Below are positions 48,876 through 57,945 of a DNA stretch of 64,000 bases, in pieces. The DNA is from Blastococcus sp. (lineage in GTDB: Bacteria > Actinomycetota > Actinomycetes > Mycobacteriales > Geodermatophilaceae). How positions within the stretch are numbered: the first letter of the stretch is position 1; every line of letters begins with the position of its first letter. The DNA lies in contig JAOPWJ010000053.1 of the NCBI GenBank assembly GCA_025965715.1, positions 1,291 through 65,290 on the forward strand, given 5' to 3'. The notes under the pieces are model-generated. The model was not told the DNA's origin. It saw nothing but the letters and a program-made list of their open reading frames with translations, and searched no databases. The position numbers and the translations under genes were made by a program.

Positions 48876-48944
48876 CGTCCCTCCTCTCCTGGCATGGGTG
48901 ACCCTGTGAACAAGGGGCGGGCTGCACGAGGTGGGTCACAGAGG

Positions 48945-48977
48945 GCGGGGCCGGGCCCGAGTCGGACCCGGCCCCGC
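48945..48977. terminator. hairpin after hsp20
   Basis: GCGGGGCCGGG...CCCGGCCCCGC. Confidence 0.6.
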
Positions 48978-48988
48978 GTGCGGGTCGG

Positions 48989-49489
48989 TCAGCTCTCGAC
49001 CGCCTGCCTCCCCTCGTGCTGCGACGACTCGCCCTCGATGGTCCGCGCCTCGACGGTGGCGGGCATGTCGGCTCGCGTGACCTCGATCTTGCGGGCCCGG
49101 GCCTTCTCGGCGACCGGGATGCTCACCGTCAGGACGCCATCGTGGTAGCTGGCCTCCAGCCGGTCGGTGTCCAGGCTGCGGCCCAGGACCAACTGGCGCG
49201 TGTAGCTGCCGAAGGGGCGTTCGGCGATGCTCCACTCGGCGTTCTCGAGCTGGGGTACCGAGCGCTCGGCGCTGATGGTGAGGGTGTTGCCCTCGACCGA
49301 CAGGTCGATCGACCCGGGGTCGACGCCCGGCAGGTCGAAGTGGGCCACGAAGTTGTCGCCGACCCGGGAGGCGTCCATCGGCATGCCCGACAACGGTCGG
49401 GCGGTGGTGGTGCCGGTGCGACCGGTGAGCTGGTCCAGCGCGCGGAACGCGGCGGACGTGGCGGCGAACGGGTCGTAGGCAGTCAGCAT
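48989..49489 (-). CDS. Hsp20/alpha-crystallin small heat-shock protein
   Basis: FDLPGVDPGSIDL, LTISAER, ERPFGSYTRQL, ASYHDGVLTVSIP. Confidence 0.93.
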   Translation of the reverse strand: MLTAYDPFAATSAAFRALDQLTGRTGTTTARPLSGMPMDASRVGDNFVAHFDLPGVDPGSIDLSVEGNTLTISAERSVPQLENAEWSIAERPFGSYTRQLVLGRSLDTDRLEASYHDGVLTVSIPVAEKARARKIEVTRADMPATVEARTIEGESSQHEGRQAVES

Positions 49490-49533
49490 GGCTGTGCAAC
49501 CTCCTGGTGGATCTGGTGTTCTGTTCGCTGCCC

Positions 49534-49570
49534 GAGGTAGAAACCTCTAGTGGCAACTAGAGAATACCTC
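49534..49570. promoter_or_regulatory. nested palindrome upstream of hsp20, putative operator
   Basis: GAGGTA..CTCTAGT-GGCA-ACTAGAG..TACCTC. Confidence 0.6.
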
Positions 49571-49640
49571 GATCGAGCACCTCGTCAAACCTGTGGGGGC
49601 CACAAGTTTCCGTCCGGCGTCCCCGGTGCGGAGCGTCGGG

Positions 49641-50540
49641 TCAGCGGCTGGGGAGCCCGCGCGGCGCCGGGAAGTCGATCCCGGTGAGGGCCGCGGAGGC
49701 GTTCCACAGCCGGCGGGCCAGCTCCGGATCGCTGGCGTCCGGGCTCCGGCCGACCAGTGTGGGGGAACCACGCAGCTCGCTCCGGCCGCTCGGGCCCAGG
49801 TAGCTGCCGCCGGGCAGGTCGAGTGCGACAGCCGCGAGGGTGGGCAGCGCGCCGTGGGCGTCCGACTGGGCCACCAGCAGGTTGGCCACCTTCATGGCCC
49901 GGTCCTTCAGCCAGCTCTGCGAGTGCCCCTGCAGGTTCGTCGCCGCGTACCCGGGATGCGCGGCCAGTGCCCGGACACCGGAGCCCCCCGCCGTGAGCCG
50001 CCTCTGCAGCTCCAGAGTGAACAGCAGGTTGGCCAGCTTCGACTGAGCGTAGGCGCCGGTGTCCGAGTACGGCCGCGTCCGCCAGTTCAGGTCGTCCAGG
50101 TCGATGTGCCCGGAGCGGTGCAGTCCGGAGGACACCGTGACCACCCGGTCGGTGACGTGCGGCAGGAGCAGGTTGGTCAGCGCGAAGTGACCCAGGTGGT
50201 TGGTGCCGAACTGCAGCTCGAACCCGTCGGCGGTGACCCCCGGGGGCACCATCATGATCCCGGCGTTGTTCACCAGGACGTCGATGTCGCCGGTCCATTC
50301 CCTGGCGAAGGAGCGCACCGATCCGAGGTCGGCGAGGTCGAGACGGCGCACCGCCAGGTCGCCGTCGATCTCCGCGGCGGCCAGCTCCCCGCGCGCCACG
50401 TCCCGCACCGCGAGCACCACCCGCGCGCCCGCCCGTGCCAGCTCGCGAGCGGTCACCAGGCCCAGGCCGCTGTTCGCGCCGGTGACCACGACGGTCCGGC
50501 CGGTCTGTGAGGGGATGTCTGCGGCGGTCCACGGGGTCAT
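49641..50540 (-). CDS. SDR oxidoreductase (retinol-dehydrogenase-like)
   Basis: [26 protein letters not shown]. Confidence 0.92.
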   Translation of the reverse strand: MTPWTAADIPSQTGRTVVVTGANSGLGLVTARELARAGARVVLAVRDVARGELAAAEIDGDLAVRRLDLADLGSVRSFAREWTGDIDVLVNNAGIMMVPPGVTADGFELQFGTNHLGHFALTNLLLPHVTDRVVTVSSGLHRSGHIDLDDLNWRTRPYSDTGAYAQSKLANLLFTLELQRRLTAGGSGVRALAAHPGYAATNLQGHSQSWLKDRAMKVANLLVAQSDAHGALPTLAAVALDLPGGSYLGPSGRSELRGSPTLVGRSPDASDPELARRLWNASAALTGIDFPAPRGLPSR

Positions 50541-50606
50541 GCCCCGAATGTAGGCACCCCGCGGGTCGGCGCCTGGCCGCGTCCGCCCGGCTCCTAGCCT
50601 GGCCGG

Positions 50607-51878
50607 GTGCCGCCGAGCTCCGATCACTCCCACGGTCCCGACCAGGATGCCCCGCCACCCACCGCGGACGCGCTCCGCCGACGGCGGCAGGCGGTCTGGC
50701 TCATGCTCCTGCTGCTGGTCCCGGTCGGCCTCGCGACCGTGGTGGGGCTCTTCGTGCTCTGGCCGAACGGGGAACCGACGCGCGCGGGGCAGGCCGCCCA
50801 GCAGGACGTCCAGCCGGGGATGACCTACGACGACGCCCGCGTCGTCTCGGTCGAGCCCTTCGAATGCGGCCTCGACGCCTCTGTGCCGGCCACCTGCGCG
50901 AATGCCGTGGTGGAGATCCTGGAGGGGGACGGGACAGGCGACTTCCAGCAGATCCAGATCGACGCCGAGGTCTTCGCATCGGGGGTCGGGACGGACGACA
51001 CGCTGGTGGTGACCCGCGACCCGGGGGCCGAGGGAGGACCGAGCTACCAGTTCTACGACTACGAGCGGAGCACGTCGATCGCCGTCCTGGCGATCGTCTT
51101 CGCTGTGGTCGTCGGGATGGTGGCCCGGCTGCGGGGGCTCGCCTCGCTCCTGGGCCTCGGGTTCGCCTTCGTCGTCCTGCTGAAGTTCGTGCTCCCCGCA
51201 CTGCTCGCCGACCACTCGCCGACACTGGTGAGCCTGGTCGGAAGCGCTGCGATCATGTTCGTCGTCCTCTACCTGGCGCACGGATTCTCGGCCCGGACGA
51301 CGACGGCGCTGGTGGGCACACTCTTCGGCCTGACCCTCGTCGCCGTCCTCGGCTCGGTGGCCGTCTCGGTCGCCCGGCTCACCGGTCTGACCACCGAGGA
51401 GACCATCCGGCTGCACGGCTACGACCCCAGGGTCTCCTTCTCCGGGCTCGTCCTGGCCGGGATCGTGGTGGCCGGGCTCGGCATCCTCAACGACGTGACC
51501 ATCACACAGGCCTCGGCCATCTGGCAGCTGCACGAGGTCTCGCCGGACAGCTCCTGGCGGGAGCTCTACAACCGGGGCATGGCGGTGGGCCGCGACCACA
51601 TCGCCTCGACGGTCTACACGATCGTCTTCGCCTACGCCGGAGCGTTCCTGCCGACGCTGCTGCTGCTCGAGCTCTTCTCGATGCCGTTCTGGACGGCCGT
51701 CACGAGCTCCATGCTCGCCGAAGAGGTGGTCCGGACCTTCGTGGGCGCGATCGCGCTCGTCCTCACCGTGCCGGTGACGACAGCGGTCGGCGCGTTCTTC
51801 GCCAAGGCCGCCGACACCGGGGCCGGTGCGGCGACCGACCGGCGGATGAGCGCTGTCCGTGCGAGGTTCGCCCGATGA
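50607..51878 (+). CDS. YibE/F family membrane protein
   Basis: [42 protein letters not shown]. Confidence 0.9.
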   Translation: MPPSSDHSHGPDQDAPPPTADALRRRRQAVWLMLLLLVPVGLATVVGLFVLWPNGEPTRAGQAAQQDVQPGMTYDDARVVSVEPFECGLDASVPATCANAVVEILEGDGTGDFQQIQIDAEVFASGVGTDDTLVVTRDPGAEGGPSYQFYDYERSTSIAVLAIVFAVVVGMVARLRGLASLLGLGFAFVVLLKFVLPALLADHSPTLVSLVGSAAIMFVVLYLAHGFSARTTTALVGTLFGLTLVAVLGSVAVSVARLTGLTTEETIRLHGYDPRVSFSGLVLAGIVVAGLGILNDVTITQASAIWQLHEVSPDSSWRELYNRGMAVGRDHIASTVYTIVFAYAGAFLPTLLLLELFSMPFWTAVTSSMLAEEVVRTFVGAIALVLTVPVTTAVGAFFAKAADTGAGAATDRRMSAVRARFAR

Positions 51879-52561
51879 CCGTCGACCGGCCTCGTCCCGC
51901 GGCTCGCGCCGAGCGGGCGGGAGGTAGCGGGGGCCCTCCGGGGGTCCTCCTACTGCTGAGCGCGGCGAAGGCCGCGCCCGGCTTCATGCCCGACGACGAG
52001 GGCCGGGCGCTGTACGAGGCCGCCCGGACGGTCGCCGTCCCCGGGCCGCTGCTGGAGGTGGGCACGTGGATGGGGAAGTCGGCTCTCTACCTCGCCGCGG
52101 CGGCCCGCGAGACCGGCCGCCAGGTGGTGACCGTCGACCACCACCGCGGCTCCGAGGAGCACCAGCCCGGCTGGGAGTACCACGATCCGTCGCTGGTCGA
52201 CCCACGGGTGGGCCGCCTCGACACCCTGCCGCACTTCCGCCGGACGGTCGCCGACGCCGGCGCCGAGGACGTCGTCATCGCGGTCGTGACCCGCTCCGAG
52301 GTGCTCGCTCCGCTCTGGTCGACGCCGCTGGCTCTGCTGTTCCTCGACGGCAGCCACACCGAGGAGTCCGCCCGGCGTGACCAGGACGCCTGGGTGGCCA
52401 AGCTGGCGGTCGGCGGCACCCTCGCCATCCACGACGTCTTTCCGGATCCGGCCGACGGCGGGCAGGCGCCGTTCGGGGTCTACACCCGGGTGGTGGCCTC
52501 CGGCGACTTCGAGGAGCTGCCCGGCACCGGCTCGCTCCGGCTGCTCCGGCGGCTGCGGTGA
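51875..52561 (+). CDS. meT1: SAM methyltransferase (Methyltransf_24), MMP 1-O-methyltransferase MeT1-like
   Basis: [48 protein letters not shown] and [14 protein letters not shown] resemble mycobacterial MeT1 as I recall it. Confidence 0.8.
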   Translation: MTVDRPRPAARAERAGGSGGPPGVLLLLSAAKAAPGFMPDDEGRALYEAARTVAVPGPLLEVGTWMGKSALYLAAAARETGRQVVTVDHHRGSEEHQPGWEYHDPSLVDPRVGRLDTLPHFRRTVADAGAEDVVIAVVTRSEVLAPLWSTPLALLFLDGSHTEESARRDQDAWVAKLAVGGTLAIHDVFPDPADGGQAPFGVYTRVVASGDFEELPGTGSLRLLRRLR

Positions 52562-52884
52562 GCGACCCGCTCGGCGGGGAACGCGCGGCCGCCCTCGCCC
52601 AGATCGCCGCGCTCACCCGGGAGTTCGACGAGGTCGTCGCGGCCTCCCGCGCCTCCAACGCCGACGACGAGCACGATCCGGAGGGCGCGACCATCGCGTT
52701 CGAGCGCCAGCAGGTCGCGGCGCTGTTGGAGCAGGCTCGCCGGCGGCTGGCCGACGTCGAGGCGGCGGTGCGGGCCGTCGAGGCGGGCAGCTACGGGGTC
52801 TGCGAGACCTGCGGCCGTCCGATCGGAGCCGAGCGGCTGGCCGCCCGTCCGGCCGCGCGCACCTGCATCGACTGCGCCCGCTGA
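52558..52884 (+). CDS. TraR/DksA C4 zinc-finger protein
   Basis: DDEHDPEGATIAFER; YGVCETCG...ERL..RP...TCIDC. Confidence 0.9.
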   Translation: MSDPLGGERAAALAQIAALTREFDEVVAASRASNADDEHDPEGATIAFERQQVAALLEQARRRLADVEAAVRAVEAGSYGVCETCGRPIGAERLAARPAARTCIDCAR

Positions 52885-52887
52885 CCC

Positions 52888-53748
52888 TCAGGCAGCGTCC
52901 TCCGCCAGGACCCGCAGTTGTTCGCGGACACCGGCCGACACCGGCCGCCGCCGGCTCAGGGCGGCGGGCACGTCGGGCAGTGCGCGCAGGACCCCCCGCC
53001 GCTCGGGTGCCCCGGCGCGGAGGGCCTGCAGGACGAGGAGTCCTACCTCAGGAAGCGGCTTGCGCATGAGGGCGGTGAGCAGCCGGCTGCGCCAGATCGC
53101 CGTCCGCCGCTGCTCGGGCGCGTGCCGCCGGGTCGACGGGTGGTGGTGCACGGTCACCGAGTCGACGTAGGCCATGCCCCAGCCGGCGCCGGCCAGGTCG
53201 AGGGCCAGTCGTTCCTCCTCGCCCGGGAACCGCACGACCGGGTCGAAACCGCCGGCGGCGAGGAAGGCCTCGGTGCGCACCATGGCCCCGCAGGCGATGA
53301 ACCCGAGCAGTGCCGGACCGGGCAGGTCGCCGCCGGCCAGGGGGCTGTCGGCCATCTCCGCGCAGGCCGGGTCGAGCCGCTCCTCCGGGCCCACCAGGAT
53401 GCGGGCGTTGAGCACGGCCAGCCGCGGGTGAGCCCGCATGACGGCCACGGCTCGGGACAGGTCGCCGGGCGCCCACCACGAGTCGTCGTCGGCGAAGGCC
53501 ACGAACTCCGTGCGGGCGTGCTCGACGCCCACGGTGCGCGCGTAGGAGCCCACGTTGCGCTCCATCGGGAGCACCGTGACCTCGGGCAGGGAGGCCCGTA
53601 CGGCCTCGGCCGTGCCGTCGCTGGAGGCGTTGTCCACCAGGATCACCGGCGCCTCGTGACGCGGCAGCGTCCCGAGGAGGTCCTCCCGCCGGTCGCGGCT
53701 CATGACGACGACGGTGACGTCGGGTGCGCGGTCCTCCGGTGCGGTCAC
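52888..53748 (-). CDS. glycosyltransferase family 2
   Basis: VDNASSDG, FADDDSWW, FIACG, GEE; GTGA-coupled to the upstream gene. Confidence 0.88.
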   Translation of the reverse strand: MTAPEDRAPDVTVVVMSRDRREDLLGTLPRHEAPVILVDNASSDGTAEAVRASLPEVTVLPMERNVGSYARTVGVEHARTEFVAFADDDSWWAPGDLSRAVAVMRAHPRLAVLNARILVGPEERLDPACAEMADSPLAGGDLPGPALLGFIACGAMVRTEAFLAAGGFDPVVRFPGEEERLALDLAGAGWGMAYVDSVTVHHHPSTRRHAPEQRRTAIWRSRLLTALMRKPLPEVGLLVLQALRAGAPERRGVLRALPDVPAALSRRRPVSAGVREQLRVLAEDAA

Positions 53749-54806
53749 GGACGCACCGTGCCCGCCCTCCCGGCCGGCGAATCGGCGTATTCCCCTACCG
53801 GCATGCCCGCCCGCGGAAGGGCGGCGAGGTCGGTGAACAGCCCGGCTGCGGGGGAGGCGCCCGACAGGGCGTCCGCCGCGAGCACGACGGCCCCCGCGGT
53901 CCACGTCGTCCGCTCGACCGGCCAGATCGCGTCGTCGGCGTACACGAACCCGGTGAAGTAGGCGCCGTCCGGATCACGCAGATGCTGCATCGCGGCGAGC
54001 TGCTCCACCGCGGCGTCCCGGCGACCCGCGGCAGCGAGGGCGAGGGAGAGCTCGCAGGTCTCCGCGCCGGTCACCCAGGGATGGTCGGAGACGCAGCGGG
54101 CACCGAGGCCCGGGACGACGAAGGTGTCCCACGCGCCGTCGAGACGCTCGTGCGCCGCCGTCCCGGTCACCGCACCGCCGAGCACGGGGTAGTACCAGTC
54201 CATCGAGTACCGCGACCTGTCGGCGAATGCCCCGGGCCGCCCCCGGAGAGCCTCCCCGAGGTCGCTGACGGCCAGCTCCCAGTCCGGCTGACTCTCCCCG
54301 CACAGGCCGGCCAGCGCGATGCCGCAGCGCAGCGCCTGGAACAGGCTGGCGTTGCCGGTGAGCAGCGCGGTGTCGTCGGGTATTCCGTCGGGACGCAGCG
54401 CCCAGCTCACCGCCCCACCGGCCAGCTGCATCCGGACGACGAGGTCCAGCGCCCGCCGGACGGCCGGCCACAGATCGGTGACCAGCTGCTCGTCCCCGGC
54501 GGCCAGCCAGCTGTGCCAGGCGCCGACCGCCAGGTAGCCGGCGTGGTTGCTCTCCGCCGCGGGCGAGGACTCGGCCCCGTCGCGGTACTCCGCCGCCCAG
54601 GAGCCGTCCGCCCGCTGCCGGCCGACCAGCCACCGGTAGGCGGCGGCGGCCCGTGCGTGCTCACCGCCGACGTCGAGTGCCATGGCCGCCTCGACGGAGT
54701 CCCACGGGTCGAGCTGGCCTCCGGAGAACCAGGGAAGCGCTCCCGATGCGTCCTGCTGCGCGGCGATCCAGCCCACGGTGGCGCGGAGCTGCGCTCCGGT
54801 CAGCAC
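53745..54806 (-). CDS. mmpH: (alpha/alpha)-barrel 'prenyltransferase'-like protein, MMP hydrolase MmpH-like
   Basis: DPWDSVEAAMAL, QRADGSW, YSMDWYYPVL, PWVTGAETCEL, WPVERTTWT; a CTG start at 54854 after GAGGAG is possible. Confidence 0.7.
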   Translation of the reverse strand: MLTGAQLRATVGWIAAQQDASGALPWFSGGQLDPWDSVEAAMALDVGGEHARAAAAYRWLVGRQRADGSWAAEYRDGAESSPAAESNHAGYLAVGAWHSWLAAGDEQLVTDLWPAVRRALDLVVRMQLAGGAVSWALRPDGIPDDTALLTGNASLFQALRCGIALAGLCGESQPDWELAVSDLGEALRGRPGAFADRSRYSMDWYYPVLGGAVTGTAAHERLDGAWDTFVVPGLGARCVSDHPWVTGAETCELSLALAAAGRRDAAVEQLAAMQHLRDPDGAYFTGFVYADDAIWPVERTTWTAGAVVLAADALSGASPAAGLFTDLAALPRAGMPVGEYADSPAGRAGTVRP

Positions 54807-54840
54807 GCCGGGCAGCTCGGGCAGCTGCGCGCCGGCCCCG

Positions 54841-55623
54841 TCACCGCGCGGCAGCGGTCCGCTCCTCTGCCGAGCGAGCGCCGCCCGACCCGGAGCCGAA
54901 CTCCGGCCGGGATGCGGCGGGCTTGTCCGCGTACACGACCAGGCTCTTGCCGAACAGCGGGTCGAGCACCCGCTCGGCGGTGCGGGTCACCCAGGGACGC
55001 GTGGTGAGGTCCCAGACCAGCAGCCGGTGGTAGGCCCGGACGGCGGCCGGGTCCCGGTCCACGCCGACGGCGCACTTGAGCCACCAGAACGGCGCGTGCA
55101 GTGCGTGCGCATGGTGGCTCTCGCCGGGGACGAGGCCGGCTGCGGCGAGCCGGGTGCGCAGCACGTCGGCGCGGTAGATGCGGACGTGCCCGCCCTCGTT
55201 GGCGTGGTACTCGTCGGAAAGCGCCCAGCAGATCCGCTCCGGGCCGTAGCGGGGAACGGTCACGGCGACCCGGCCACCCGGCTTGAGCACGCGGAAGATC
55301 TCGGCCATCGCCGGAACGTCGTCCGGGATGTGCTCGAGCACCTCCGAGGCCATGACCCGGTCGACACTCCCGTCGGGGAAGGGGAGGTGCAGCAGATCGC
55401 CGCGCACGACCTCGTACCGCGCGCCGTCCGGACCCTCGCCCGCCTCGGCCATGGCGCCCAGCCAGCGCTTGGTCGTCTCCACCTCCGAGACGCCCCAGTC
55501 GACGGCGATCACGGACGCGCCCCGGCGGTACGCCTCGAAGGCGTGCCGGCCCTCGCCGCAGCCGAGGTCCAGCACGGTCATGCCCGGCCGCAGGTCGAGG
55601 CGGTCGTAGTCGACGGTCAGCAC
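54841..55623 (-). CDS. meT3: class I SAM methyltransferase, MMP 3-O-methyltransferase MeT3-like
   Basis: VLDLGCGEGRH, SEVLEHI, CWALSDEYHANEGGHVRIY, HHAHALHAPFWWLKC. Confidence 0.75.
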   Translation of the reverse strand: MLTVDYDRLDLRPGMTVLDLGCGEGRHAFEAYRRGASVIAVDWGVSEVETTKRWLGAMAEAGEGPDGARYEVVRGDLLHLPFPDGSVDRVMASEVLEHIPDDVPAMAEIFRVLKPGGRVAVTVPRYGPERICWALSDEYHANEGGHVRIYRADVLRTRLAAAGLVPGESHHAHALHAPFWWLKCAVGVDRDPAAVRAYHRLLVWDLTTRPWVTRTAERVLDPLFGKSLVVYADKPAASRPEFGSGSGGARSAEERTAAAR

Positions 55624-56870
55624 GCGTGTCCCTTGCGCTCGAGTGTCTCCGCGTACCAGTCGGCCGTCCGCTCCGCCGTGGCACGCCAGGTGTAGGAGTC
55701 GAGCACCCGCCGCCGGCCGGCCCGGCCGAGCTGCTCGCCCAGGGACGGCGAGTCGAGGACCAGCTGCAGCGCCGCGGTCAGCTCTCCGACGTCGCCGGCG
55801 CGCACCCGCAGGCCGGCCTTGCTGCCGACCACCTCGGGCAGCGCCCCGGCGTCGGTGGTGACCAGGGGCGTTCCGCAGGCCATCGACTCGACCGCGGGGA
55901 GGGAGAAGCCCTCGTACAGCGACGGGATGGCCACCACCGCGGCCCGCTGCAGCAGCGAGATCAGCTCGGCCTCGGGCACCGGCCCGGTGAACCGGACGGC
56001 GTCGCGCAGCGCCAGCCGGTCGAGCGCGGCGTCGGCGGGCCCACCGGGCTTGGCGGTGCCGACGACGGTGAGGCGGACCGGGCGTTCGGTGCGCAGCTTC
56101 GCCAGCGCCTCGAGCAGGTGGACCAGGCCCTTGAGGGCGACGTCGGCGCTGGTGATCGCGAGGACGGAGTCGGCGTCCCGCGGCTGCCCCGGCGGCGGGG
56201 GCGTGAACTCGGCCGGGTCGATGCCGACCGGGATGACCTCCACCCCCGCGGGCTGCACGCCCATGTAGGTGGCGATGTCGCGGCGGGAGTTCTCCGAGAC
56301 GGTGGTGACCGCGTCGAGCCGGCGGGCCACCCGCGCCTGCATGCCGGTGAAGGCGTACCAGCGGTTCAGCGTGAGCCGGCGCCGCAGGCTCCTCGCTGCC
56401 GCCAGCTCGAGCTCGCGGTCGATGGCCACGGGATGGTGCACCGTGGCGACCGTGGGCACGCCCGCCCGGACCAGGCGGAGCAGGCCCCACCCCAGCGACT
56501 GGTTGTCGTGGACGACATCGAACTCGGCCGACCGGGGCAGCAGCGCGCGCGCCGCCCGCAGGCTGAAGGTCAGCGGCTCGGGAAAGCCCGCCGTGCACAT
56601 CGTCGCCCACTCCGCGACGTCGACCCAGTCGCGGAACTCCGACGGCCGCGGCAGCCGGAACGGGTCCGGCTCCCGGTAGAGGTCGAGGCTGGGCACGCGG
56701 GTGAGCGGCACCCCCGGGGCGAGCTCGGGATACGGCTGTCCGCTCAGGACCTCCACCCGGTGGCCCAGCTCGGTGAGCTCGCGGGACAGCGCCCGCACGT
56801 AGATGCCCTGGCCGCCGCTGTGCGGTTTGCTCCGGTAGGACAGCAGTGCGATGCGCAGCGACCGTCCCAT
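55617..56870 (-). CDS. manT: GT4 glycosyltransferase, MMP alpha-1,4-mannosyltransferase ManT-like
   Basis: LSYRSKPHSGGQG, SGQPYP, GFPEP, HDNQ, PSLYEGFSLPAVE. Confidence 0.78.
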   Translation of the reverse strand: MGRSLRIALLSYRSKPHSGGQGIYVRALSRELTELGHRVEVLSGQPYPELAPGVPLTRVPSLDLYREPDPFRLPRPSEFRDWVDVAEWATMCTAGFPEPLTFSLRAARALLPRSAEFDVVHDNQSLGWGLLRLVRAGVPTVATVHHPVAIDRELELAAARSLRRRLTLNRWYAFTGMQARVARRLDAVTTVSENSRRDIATYMGVQPAGVEVIPVGIDPAEFTPPPPGQPRDADSVLAITSADVALKGLVHLLEALAKLRTERPVRLTVVGTAKPGGPADAALDRLALRDAVRFTGPVPEAELISLLQRAAVVAIPSLYEGFSLPAVESMACGTPLVTTDAGALPEVVGSKAGLRVRAGDVGELTAALQLVLDSPSLGEQLGRAGRRRVLDSYTWRATAERTADWYAETLERKGHAC

Positions 56871-56903
56871 GCGTCGGACTCTAGCCAGCCCGGCCCGGCT
56901 GCC

Positions 56904-56921
56904 GGCTACCCGTCGGTAACC
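56904..56921. promoter_or_regulatory. imperfect palindrome upstream of the GT4 operon
   Basis: GGCTACC-CGTC-GGTAACC. Confidence 0.5.
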
Positions 56922-56965
56922 GCTCGGTCGAGCCCCCGACCCGCGTGGCTGGCACAGTGCTCGGC

Positions 56966-57259
56966 ATGATCCGTCATGTCGTCGTCTTCACCTGGTCCCA
57001 GGCCGCCGACGCCCAGCGTCGGGTGGCGACTCTGCAGGCCCTGCGCGGGCTGCAGCAGGACGTCGGAGGAATGACCTCGCTGACCGTCGCGGACGACGCC
57101 GGCCTTTCGGAGGGCAACGCCGACACGGTGCTGATCGCGGATTTCCCGGACGCCGGCGCCTTCCGCCGCTACGCGCAGGACCCGGTGCACCAGGCCGTGC
57201 TCGCCGAGCACGTGCGCCCCTGGCTGACCGCGCGCACCGCCGTGCAGTACGAGGTCTGA
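56966..57259 (+). CDS. Dabb (stress-responsive A/B barrel) protein
   Basis: MIRHVVVF; ADF..AGAFRRYAQDPVH. Confidence 0.88.
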   Translation: MIRHVVVFTWSQAADAQRRVATLQALRGLQQDVGGMTSLTVADDAGLSEGNADTVLIADFPDAGAFRRYAQDPVHQAVLAEHVRPWLTARTAVQYEV

Positions 57260-57945
57260 GCACAGCCCCGTTCCGGTTGTCGCCGGTTCGGACGGTGCCC
57301 CGCACGGGGCCCCCTCGGCCGGTCCGATGCGGCCCGCGAGGAAATCGTTGTCCCTGCGGCGGCCGGCCGGCGGGTGCGCCGTCGTCCTGACCGCCGTTCC
57401 TTGCGCCTGCGGGGAAACAGCGGATCCGACGACGAGGCGCCCGTCGTCCCGGTCGTCGAGCGGGCACCCGCCGCCCCGACGGAGCGAGGCGCCCGTCGCC
57501 GAGCGCGGCCTCGGGTTGAGGCGGGCAAATCGCTCGGTCCGGACGCGACGGTCGACGCCGTCTCCGCGGAGCAGCTCCGCGCGGGCGCCGGCCTGGCGGG
57601 GATCGGCCGGGACCTGACCGTCGCTCCCCGAGGTCTGCGCCACCGCGGGTCAGGCATCCATCCCGATATTCCGACGTCGATCAGCAAGCCGGACGGCAGC
57701 CAGGCGGCGGTCCCCTCCCTGATCGGCGCGGTGCAGACGGCGACCGACTGGAGGTGCTGGGCTCCGGACCGCTCGGTGGGGGGCCCTGCGGCCGGCGGCG
57801 ACCCGGCTGGGTTCGCGGACCTGATCGAGGAGGCAAGGCAGATGCAGGCGGGCGCCTTGGGCTGAGATTCCACAGCCAGGTGTGCTCTCCACAGATTCTC
57901 GCGGCGGCCCACGGGGGTGTTCGCCGGCCGTCAAGGTCGTCGGTC

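Noticed and set aside
49545-49562. HspR HAIR site upstream of hsp20
   Set aside because: Sequence and spacing (N4) do not fit CTTGAGT-N7-ACTCAAG; reported instead as a distinct palindrome
53745-54806. Terpene cyclase / hopanoid interpretation of the 'prenyltransferase'-like gene
   Set aside because: No DXDD motif, too short for a squalene-hopene cyclase, and its context fits an MmpH-like glycoside hydrolase better
57374-57865. 163-aa plus-strand ORF
   Set aside because: No clear start or RBS and no recognisable family; may be a remnant but unsupported
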